Source: Bacillota bacterium (GTDB lineage Bacteria; Bacillota; Clostridia; Christensenellales; UBA1242). Taken from it: a stretch of DNA of 64,000 nt. Positions 1 through 10,900 of the stretch are shown here, in pieces (position 1 is the first letter of the stretch; the number at the start of each line of letters is the position of its first letter). The stretch is from contig WRBO01000005.1 in the NCBI GenBank assembly GCA_009784555.1, positions 6,406-70,405 on the forward strand. The letters run 5' to 3'. Made by a program: the position numbers and the translations under genes. The notes beneath the pieces were generated by a model, which had not been told where the DNA came from, ran no database searches, and worked only from the letters and a program-made list of their open reading frames with translations.

Positions 1-1925
1 CGGCCGTCTTCCATTTCCACAGCTATCTCGCCGTTTTGACGGTTTATGTCTGTAACCGTTCCTATGTCGCCGTTGAACACGCCCGAGCCGTCCTCGGACG
101 GCGGCCCAGGGCGCACCCATTCTTGGTTATAGTTGTTTTGGGTTTGCATTACACGGTCGCCCACACGAAAGGTTACCTGGCCGTATTCGTATTCGGCCCG
201 ACCCAAGACGGATGGGTTTAGTTCGCTTTGCAATGCGGTGTTGAGGCTGTTCATGCCCGCCTCCCCCACTTTCATTGGACATAGAACTTGGATTTTTGAT
301 GAGGTCAAACCCAAGTGGGCGGGAATACGTGTAGTGACAAGACCGACGACTTTTTGTTTAATATCAGCAGGGTTTGATGCGGCGACGTAGAAGAAGTCGT
401 TACTGCGGTTTGTTAGGTCTGGCATTTCGCCGCGGTTGATTTGGTGCGCGCTTATTACTATTTGACTGGCTTCGGATTGGCGGTAAATTTCGGTTAGGCG
501 CACGACGGGGATAACGTTGCTGCTTATAATATCTGATAGGACGTTCCCTGCACCGACACTGGGCAATTGGTCAATGTCACCCACAAATATCACACGGGTT
601 CCAGGCAGAACCTTTTTTAATAGATGGTTGGTTAGGATGATGTCGCACATCGAGACCTCGTCAACTATTATGACGTCGGCCATTAGCCCCTCGGATTCAT
701 CATAGTTGAAGCCAGATGCGGGTTTATCACCATATTGAATATCTAGGGCGCGATGAATTGTACTGGCTTCCTTTCCCGTTGTTTCTTCCATTCGTTTTGC
801 CGCGCGTCCAGTAGGGGCCAATAGTTTTGTCGACAGACCCTGGGCATCGTTTATATATAATATCGCGCGGACAATGGTTGTTTTACCAGTTCCAGGCCCA
901 CCAGTAATGACACATATCCCGCGTGTTACGGCGACACGGATGGCCTCGATTTGTTTTTCGTGCAATTTGATGTTGTTGATTTCCTCGTAGTGCGCCAGTA
1001 GTTTTTCAAAGTCGGCCGTGCTCTCGCCCTCGTATTCCAGGGCCAGTTTATTTAGATTTGTTGCGACACCCCTTTCCGCCACGAAAAATCGCGTTAGCAT
1101 GTAACCGCGTTCGTCATCCGTATTTACGACCGTTAGATATTTGTCCAAACACAGGTCATAGATAACGGAATAGAATACAGGGGTAAGATTTTCTTTTTTA
1201 ATTTCAAGTAGTTTGCATGTATCGATTAGTAATTGTTCGTGTGGTAGGAATGTGTGTCCATCTTGTTCACTCTTTTGCTTTAAGGCATATACAATCCCCG
1301 CACGTACGCGAAAAGCCCCGGAATATGCGTGGCCGATTGCCTTTGCCATTTTATCGGCGGTTATAAACCCAATGCCCTCAATCGTTTCGACCAAGGCATA
1401 CGGGTTCGATTGAACCTTTTCAATTGTTCGTTGTCCATAATATTTGTATATCTTCATGGCCATGTTGAGGCTGATTTCAAATTTTTGCAGGAACATTACC
1501 GCGGCCTGCATTTCTTTTATTTGGCCGTATTTTTCGCCAATGATTTTTGCTTTGCGTAATGATATTCCGCGAACCTTTTCCAATTCATGCGGACGGGTTT
1601 CCAAGACTTTTAGCGTGTCTTTGCCAAATTCAGCTACTATGCGTGCGGCGGTGGCTGGGCCAACGCCCTCGAGCAGGCCACTGCCTATGAATTGTTGGAT
1701 TTTACGCGGGCTGTTTGGTGGGACGATTTCGTAGCTTTGCACGCGGAATTGTTGGCCGTATTTTGCATTTTTGACGTACTCGCCCGTCATTTGGATTTCC
1801 TGGCCCACCGCTAGATATGCAAAAACACCAAACGCGGTTTGGTTGCTTTGCTTTAATCGGATAACGGAATAACCGTTGTCCTCGTTCCGAAATACTATGT
1901 CGGTAATCTCGTCAGTGATTTGCAC
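1..1925 (-). CDS. recD2: RecD2-type SF1 DNA helicase (RecD-like); the 3' end runs off the window
   Basis: Own minus-strand translation gives VQITDEITDIVFRNEDNGYSVIRL..., an HhH region IEGIGFITADKMAKAIG, Walker A ITGGPGTGKTT, Walker B IIVDEVSM, and FVGDIDQLPSVGAGNVL. It is absent from the ORF track because the start is GTG (1923-1925) or TTG (1941-1943) and there is no stop in the window. It follows the giant gene's stop in the same frame. Confidence 0.85.
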   Translation of the reverse strand, partial: MQITDEITDIVFRNEDNGYSVIRLKQSNQTAFGVFAYLAVGQEIQMTGEYVKNAKYGQQFRVQSYEIVPPNSPRKIQQFIGSGLLEGVGPATAARIVAEFGKDTLKVLETRPHELEKVRGISLRKAKIIGEKYGQIKEMQAAVMFLQKFEISLNMAMKIYKYYGQRTIEKVQSNPYALVETIEGIGFITADKMAKAIGHAYSGAFRVRAGIVYALKQKSEQDGHTFLPHEQLLIDTCKLLEIKKENLTPVFYSVIYDLCLDKYLTVVNTDDERGYMLTRFFVAERGVATNLNKLALEYEGESTADFEKLLAHYEEINNIKLHEKQIEAIRVAVTRGICVITGGPGTGKTTIVRAILYINDAQGLSTKLLAPTGRAAKRMEETTGKEASTIHRALDIQYGDKPASGFNYDESEGLMADVIIVDEVSMCDIILTNHLLKKVLPGTRVIFVGDIDQLPSVGAGNVLSDIISSNVIPVVRLTEIYRQSEASQIVISAHQINRGEMPDLTNRSNDFFYVAASNPADIKQKVVGLVTTRIPAHLGLTSSKIQVLCPMKVGEAGMNSLNTALQSELNPSVLGRAEYEYGQVTFRVGDRVMQTQNNYNQEWVRPGPPSEDGSGVFNGDIGTVTDINRQNGEIAVEMEDG

Positions 1926-1943
1926 ATGGCAAGTATACCACAA

Positions 1944-4900
1944 CTAGGCCCTGTTTCTGGCACCGCCAAATTCAAATATGCTGCGATTGTTTATTACTAT
2001 TTCGTTTGTACGTGTCCCGCCCATCACGATTGGGTCCGCGCCTTGGATATATCCAACGATACCGCCAGTGAAGGTTACCATGTCCGAACCGCGTCCGCCG
2101 TCCGCAATTGGGCCAGTTCCGAAGGCAGACATCATTTCAGGGGTGCCGCGGAATGTTTCGTTGATTTGTACGCCGTCGGCCTGGCCGCCCCAGATGCTGT
2201 TGACGCCTTGGGCCCCTGTTACGTTGAAGATTGTGTATGCACCCGTGCCAGTCGTGTGGCGAAGATGGTTGTTAATTAATGCCCCGCCATTACGGTTCAT
2301 CCCAACAACACCACCCAACATGAACCCACCAAGGATTGTACGTTCGACACGGCTGTTTGATATTGTTCCGCCAGCATTCTCGCCAACGATTCCGCCAACG
2401 GACATTTTTTGACTGGTACGTATTGGGTGCGTTCCGCCTGTTCCTTCCGCCGTCATTGGAGAATCCAATGTTGCATTGTTTATTGTTCCGCTATTGAAGC
2501 CAGCGATTCCACCAACGAACATTCCATATGTTCGTGATACAGCAGGTGTGCCGAAGAATATGTATCGCGCCCCAGCGTTAGATTGAATATTCAAGTTCAT
2601 TTGCCCAAACAGTGACACAGTTGCCCCATCCAGTCGGCCGAAGTTAATTCCGACAATTCCGCCAGCATAGAACTTTGCACGTAAATGGTTGTGTGTAACG
2701 GCAAGAGTGTTGTTCATAAGGTATTCGGCACCGCGTACACTTATTTCCGAGCCTATTACGCCTATGAGAGAACCGACGACCTCGCCCTCAGCCACTATGC
2801 CGAAGCCGACGTTACCGTTAGGGTTACGGAAGTTTCCAATCATGCGAACATTCGTGAAATCGGCGCGCATTGGGTGTGCGTTTGTTACCGCATTACCGTC
2901 GATGTCGCGCATGAATAATCCACGGTCGATAATGTTGCCCACATCATGTGTCACCATTCCGACCACCCCGCCAGCAATCCCCAGTCGTGTCAAGTCATGT
3001 TGCATATAACCCAAATCAGTCAGTCCACCAATTGCGGATGCGAAGGTGAGGTCTATATGCTCGGCCTGGTGACGGACGAATGTCATGACGGGAACGTTGC
3101 TGTGGACGTTTTCGATTTTGTATGTGTGTGCCGTTCGCACGATACTGCCCCCTGCCGTTTGGGTGTCATAGTCAAAGTTGACCGATACACCGACAACACC
3201 GCCAACAATGTTAAAACCCAAAATTCGTGTATTGACATGGTTTGTTTGGTTTATCACGTTGACGTCGACAATGTTACTGTTTACCGCGATACCCGCCAGA
3301 CCGCCGACAAAAGGCGCGCTGGCAGCGGCTATGCTGTATTCTGCCCCTGGAGATGGGACGAAACTTAAATTAACGTTTTTGACGGTAGCGTACGTCAGGC
3401 GGCTGAATAATCCAACACTGCGAAGCCCTGTTGCGACTGCCTCTGTTGCAACCAGAGAGATATCTGTAATCCCCAAGCCGTTTCCGTCGAGCTCACCTTG
3501 GAAAGTTACTTTGTACGTATGTAAGACCCCACCAAATTCGGACAAGCCGCCTTGGGTCGCCGTGCCGCCCGTTGCCGCACGAACCGAGATGTTGCTGACC
3601 AATCGCATATAGCCCATGAATACGTTGTCTTCCCAGTCATCGCGAACCTGGGCCGCCGATTGTTCAAAGTCACGGTCACGTCCCTCGGCCCCGCTGGCCA
3701 AGTAGATATGGCGGTTGAATTGGTCACCCGTCCAAATTACAATTGGGTTGTAACGGGTACCGTACGCGTGACTGCGGTGGTAGATTATTTCCGGGTGCCC
3801 AGTAGGAAGCAAAGTATCACCCATGACACGAATTGAGACCGCGATGTGGTCAGCCCCGACCAAGCGTGGGCCGTGCGGTGTCATTCGCCATACATTTGGA
3901 TTGCGGTCTTCGTACATTGCACTGATACTGAAACCCTCGAACTCGTTGATGTCTATTGGGTTTGTGAAACCACGGAAGCGTGCCCCATCAGCAAAGTCAT
4001 TTGTCGCAATGAACCCAGGTTGGTTCATGAAGCGGTTGTTCGTAAGAGTTCCCAAGAAACCGCCCGCCAACGGTGCACGCGCAAAGACGAAGTATGCCCC
4101 CATGTCCCCGCCTGGGTTTGGGTTTTGAACGATGCTGTTACGTATGACACCTTGGGCCGTGTTGTTTTCGACGAATCCGCTTCTGAATGTTCCTTCCGGC
4201 AAGAGGATGTTAACATACCCGTCCTCTACCAATCCTGCATTTTGGAAAACGAACCCAGCAGTTGCAAAGGTTGAACGGATTACCCCGCGCGTGACCTGGC
4301 CATTTGATGCCAGGCCGCTTGTTGCACCCATTACGTAACTGCCTCTGACGATACCCTGTTGACCGTTTTGTGCAACGAACCCCGCAGTCCAGCTGAAGGC
4401 AGCACCGCTGCTTGGCCATGCGCGGTTAATGATGTTTCCGTCGCGGAAGAAGCTACTTACAATAAATCCATCGTTTTGTGCCGCAAAGCCCGCCACACGT
4501 GCCTGGCCCACGTTTGTTTGTGTTTCATCGGCAACGGCACCCTCGCGCCCGACGAACATGTCGATTAATACACGGCTGTTTGATATTACGCCGTAGTTGT
4601 TTCCCGCACGCATGTTTATTCCAACCAATCCGCCGACACGCAAGTCCATTGTGCTGTTTGCCATGAAGACGGCAAGGCGACTGCGGGCACTGCCCTGGAG
4701 CCCTGGGAAGACTAGACTTTGGTCAAAGTTACTGCGGTTGAAATCGGCAACCATATTACCGTCTTCGTTACGGGTGAATTGACCTTCTTGGAAACCCGGT
4801 GCGTTTGGCGTACCGACCGAAGCCCCGCCAGACAACACGGCTATGTTTGTCAAAATCCCTTGGTTAACACCAGCAAACGCCCCGACACGCACAGTCGCAT

Positions 4901-7900
4901 TTTGTGGCAAATGTGTCAGGTCGACACGAAGGTCGCTCCTCCCCGATGCTGGGAAGAACGGCAGAACCAAGTTCACATTTTTGATAAGGGAGCCGTGGTG
5001 AACGGTACTGAACAAACCTATGTTGATTGGGCCTGTGGTTTCTTCTGGGATATTGAAGCTGTTTAATATTATTCGGGTGTTGTTACCGTCCAGGCTGGCG
5101 GCACGCCATTCCAATGGCTCCCACCCATTTAGGGTCAATACACCATCATCAGGCATCAGTATAAAGTGTCCGTCGACAATTGACGCCGCATCGCGCAGTT
5201 CTTGGGCCGTGCGGATGATTACGGGGTTATCTTCGGCACTGCTTGGAACGGATACCACATTAAAGTCAGCGGTTATGTTCATTCCCGTTGCCACACGAAT
5301 TTGGTAAAGGCCGCCAATCAATTCAAACGACATACGTACGGACAGGACATTTGTACGTGACGCACGAACGGACGGCGAAACGAATTTGATTCCAGAGGTA
5401 CGGCTGCTGCCCAGGAAGAAGTTAAGGGCATCGCGGTTGGTGCTGGTTGGGCCTACTTCGTTGTGATAGAACTCGTTTACTTCGTCCCAGTTTACATTCA
5501 GCATCCAGCCACCAGTTGCACTTCTCCCCGTCCATTCAACACGCGGGTCGCGGTTAATTTCGTATTGGACACGGGCAATCTCGTTTGAAATCATCATCGC
5601 CAGTTCGGGCGCGTCATGTCCGCTGTGGTGGCTTGCATTAATTGCCAGTTCGACATTGTATTGACTTGGGGTATTCATATGGATTGTGTTGCCACGACGT
5701 CCCGCCAAATACAGCCCGTCAACACGCATCAACACAACATCAATTTCCAATGTTGTGGTCATTTGTAATATCAAGCCGCTTTGTTCCAGTTCATAGCTGA
5801 ACTCTATGAAAATGGTTGCGCCCACCATATTGACGCTTGGGGCAATTGTTACTTGGTACGATTGAGTGTTTGGGATATGAGTCAGCGTTACATATTGGTA
5901 TGGGTCGATATTTGAACCGCCACGGAAGATTGTCATTTCGGTTTCGGCCCCGCTGCCCCAATCCACATTTATAACGCCCGTTGTATTAACGGTAAAAGTC
6001 GAGGTAGTTCCGACAGCTTGGCTGGCCCGCCTGCCTGGCACATTGTCGAATTCAAAGTTCAAGCCAGGGCGGTCCAATGCGAACAATTCAAATTCACGTG
6101 TTAATGGATTTTCCCAGTCTCCCAGGGTTATGAACTCGGCTTCTATGTGGAAGACCTGGCCTTGGGTTATTTGTGTTGGGTTTGCTTGTTCATTGCGTTC
6201 ACGCAATACGGTGTGGATGTAATACACGCCTTCCCAGCTGAACATCCTACCTCCTGCTGTGTCGCGTACAGTAGAGACTTGGTGGAATGCAAAGGTTTCG
6301 GGCAATATTTCACCCGGCGCACCCGTATCAGGCACAACGGGCATACCATCCGGCCCCAGCACCAACGGCACCCCAGGATAGTTTTCAAAGTATCCCGTAT
6401 ACGGGTTGAACACCATTTGGATGAACATGATGTCCCAGTATTTGTAGACATTTTCACCATCGATTTCGCCGATGATTTGGTTCACGGGGATACTGCGCAA
6501 TGTGAATTGGTCAATCCCAGAATAGAACGGATGTGCATAGACTTTTAATATTCCACCCGTGCCGTCACGTTCGGTGTAGACGTTCATGCTTTGCGGTTGG
6601 TTAGGCGGCAGGATGAATTCGCTGATGCTACCTGGAACCGTTATCGTGTTTGCATAGTGTTGGAAGTTCACCGATTGCAATTGTTGGGCAACGACCTCTA
6701 CATCCGCAGAGTCATAGAGGAGCGGACGCAATTCGTTCTCGGCACGGTCGATACTGCGCTCGGCCATATGAATTGTTCCAGAAATTCCATGCGGTATTGC
6801 AACAGGAGGTCGGTATTGTGACACATCAACCGATGCTAGGAAATTATTGTAAACCTCTTCCCTGATTTCCAAGCGCATGTAGATATCGAAGTTGTATTCG
6901 CGGTAACCAAAGTCACGTGCAACCAATCCGCCTGGTGATTGGACGTAGATTGTAAAGACCTCGATTGGGCGGACATGTAATTCAAATACCAAGTTAAATG
7001 CACGGTCGTTTTCAGTTATCTCTATTACTGTTCGCGTTATTTCTGGGTTCGGTGTCCCCGCAACGGGCAGGCCAAACATCTGATGCGTTGTTCCTTCCGC
7101 GCTGAATGCGAAATTGGTTAATGAAAGCAGTTGTTCTGCCCTTTGCAATTCCGTTAATGAACCAATTGCAACATTGCGGTGTACCGTTGGCAGAATGTCC
7201 GTTACAAAGCGGCCGCTGTAGACCGATGCGGTACTGCCGTCTATTGTTGTTCCGTCTTGGAATAATTCCAAATATATCGCACCAGCATAAACCTCGACCT
7301 CGATTTCGATGACCAAGGAATCCAAGTGATAAATATTTCCACCCCACGATATAAACGGACGGAAGCGGAAGATGATTGGTTCGTCATTCAACGGGGCCTC
7401 GTGGAAATATATTGGCGAACCATTTTGGTATGGACGAGGCGCGCCAGATTCAAATATGTAGCTACCCTCGACTTGCCATGTTTGGTTGTCAACGGCGGCC
7501 AAGAGGCTGAAGGTTGTGCCTTTTTGTACCTCGAAGTTGTGGGTGAAGTTATTTGGGTCATCCGTTAACATTGAACGGCGCGCAATCATCCCCAAGATAT
7601 CGCGTGAGACCGTTTGCGTTGTCACCCCAGGGATAACGTCCACGGCCAAGCGGCCCAAGACAGATTGACCTTCTTCGGTACGGGTGCTGATAGCTACCAC
7701 TTGGAACGACCCTGTGCGTCGCAGGTTCAAGAAATATCGAGGAACACCGCCAACCGTGTTACGGCCCAGTTCGGCTATGCCTGAACCGCCCTCTATGGAT
7801 ATGAACATTCGGCGTGAGGCGATGAGGGGGCTGATTTCTACGCTGAATAAATCATCCAGGTAATATCGGTTAGCCGTAACCGCACTTGGTATTACCGGCC

Positions 7901-10900
7901 CCGCCGTAAACATTAACGCAACCGAGTTGACACGTGTGCCATCAATCACCAGCGATGAGGTATGTGGCAGATTGCTTGGGTTAACAATGGCATAGTTAAA
8001 GCCACCGCGGTTATTACGCGCACCTGTGAAACGCTCTGTTAATTGCTCTTGGGATGCCAATGCAAATGTTATGTGTTGTGGGCGGGCGATGAACAATGGC
8101 ATTTCATAGTCCTCGCTTTGGCGAATCATTGGGAAATCAAAGCCCATGGCCGCCGTAAACGCCGCCTCGGACAGACGTCCAACCTGGCCATTTTGTATTG
8201 GAACATTGATATTTTGGAAATTTACAAAGAAGTCGTCTGCATTAAAAACCTCGTCAGTTGCAGGCATTGACGAAATGTTAGAGCGAGCCGCGACCCAGTT
8301 CGACATGTTACCACCAGTTGCGCCGGTTACCGCCGCACGTCCATAACGCGCGCCGATAAATTCGATGGTTCGGCTGCCGCCCGGCATTGCCCCGCCCGGC
8401 AAGGCCGTCGACGCGTTAAATCCAACTGGTTGGTTTTCCGTTATTATTAATGCGGGTGCGGCAGGTGCCCCAGTTGCGGTTACCCAATCAACCTGGGTCG
8501 GTGCCAAAATTGCATACGTCAATACGAAAGATGCGTATTGGAACCCAACACCCGTGTTGTTGTGGGTCGGGTTGCTGTTGTTTATTCGGTTAATTCCAAC
8601 CTTTGGGGATATAACCATTGCATTAGTCCCGCCAAGAGCAAATGCATCTTGAGGGTGGGTGTTCATCCTGAAGTAGTTGTAACTGTAGGCTGCAACGACA
8701 TCAACGTTGGCTGTTTGGTGCAATTCGCCGATAAGTCCGCCGATGATTGGACTGTTACGTTCACCCCCATTCATATAGTGAATAGACAAGGCACTGAACA
8801 CACCTTCGACACGACTCCTGCGCCCTGGGCCGTTTGCCTGGCCCTCTGTTCTTGGGTTTTCTTGGACACCTATTACCCCACCGACGATTACGTTGTTACT
8901 GCCCCGTGCACCGAAGATAAAGATATCTCCCCGGTATGGTATTCCCATAACGGTATGCGTTGTGTTTGTGAAGACACTACTTGCAAAGCTGTGGAATATA
9001 TCTCCGCTGTTGATACCTACAACACCGCCAATAACAGTACGCGGAACGTGCGCGGCCTGTTCAGTTGTGAAGTTTGCCAAGTTAATATTCGCATCACGAC
9101 CGACAATCAAGCCCGCATAGAATGGGTTGTTCGTCCAATCCAAGTGTTGGTTCAACATTGTGCGCGGAATAAAGGTTGTTAGAATTGCATTCAGTTGCTC
9201 GCGCAAGACTGGGTTGATGAAAAAGTCAAAGTAGCTGTTACGTACAGTTCCCGTGTTACGTCCCACAATTCCGCCCAACACACCACGGGCATAGATTGCA
9301 GAGGTGCTGTATGCACTGTTCACCGTGCCCATGTTCAAACCGACCAATCCGCCAACCAATCCACGTGTAGCATTATATAAAACGTTTTGTGTTGAGATTT
9401 CTTCTACCAACCCCTCGTTACGAGCAACTACCCCGCCAACGTTTTTATCGACATCGTTACGGACGATGTTTTGCGCACTGATTATAAGTAATGCGATTTC
9501 ACTGTTTAATGCAACGTTATCGGACAGGACGCCACCAGCATTACGGCCGCGAATTGTCCCGTTTGACATATTGCGTCCCACAAAACCACCCAAGTTGATG
9601 TTAAACACGGTGCGTGCCCCAGCAACATGGTTTGCCTGTTCAGAGCCGAACGACACGGCCATGGCACCAGTAACATTTAGAAAGTACCTCTCGGTTACAT
9701 ATCCCATGTTAATTCCAGCAATTGCGCCCCAGTTCAAATCGGTGTGCCCAGACAATGTAAATTGACCAAAGTTAACTTCCACCGTAACATCGGTAATTGT
9801 TCCCATGTTCACGCCAGCAACAACACCAAAGTTCAGAGTTCGATAGAATTCTTGATATTGTGTAATTGGACTCCTGTTGTACATTATGTTTACCAACACA
9901 TTTGTAAAGGCAATCCCATCCACCAAACCGCGAGTATGGTCAATTTCACCAAAGCCATTCCAGTCGCCCAATCGCCCAAATAGACCAAAGTTTTCCTCGG
10001 CACTGTGCCCCACACCTACCAAGGACATTGTTTGCCAGTTCGTCGCCGATTCAAATCGCATGTTTTGCAATTCGTAACGCGCACTTAAATCTCCACCCGC
10101 AACCGCATACGTTCGCGTACCGATGAATTGACCAACAAATTGATTAATTGGTTGCAATATAACATCGTGAAAATCAATATTATCAACCAAGCGGAAGTAT
10201 CCATCAATTACTTCGCCGCTGTGACGATAGTGTCTGTAACGCCCCGACGGCAGGTCAACATAACGGTCAAAAGTATATCCAAAGTGTAACAGGAATTCGT
10301 CGCGGTTTGAAATCATAAACTGGCCTTCGCCGCTTCGTTGGTCAAATATAAAGATGCTGAACCGTAAATACGTTGCAGGCAGTAGTAACTCACCCTCGCC
10401 GTTATTTGTTCGACGGATACTGTCAAATGCGAAAATTCGTAATACTACTGGTAAATCAACATTTATTCCAACGTTACTTCTGTGCGCGGTTATTACACCT
10501 GCTTCGGACACCGAGACAATTAAATTCCCCGCCCCGTCACGGACTTCGGTAATTATCATTCCGTTTTCGTCGTATATTGTTGTGCTGCCGTCACTGTTTC
10601 TTTGTTCAAACGCAAAGCCGATACGCGGGTTGTGTGCATTCGCAGGGAACGTGTTCAAGCGAACCGCACGTGTAGCCGGCCCGTCAGTAATAACCATGTT
10701 CAGGGAATTTCCAATATCCAGGGTATTAATCATTTGGACGGTGCTTGCATCAACAACACGCACAAAGAAACGCATCGGTGCATTGAATGTGAATTCCATA
10801 CGGAATGTTCCGCCCGCATACGTGTATGTTTGGTGAATATCAAACGCAACAAAGATGAAATCACTTGTTGCCGTCAGACCATGAATACGGTACTGACGAG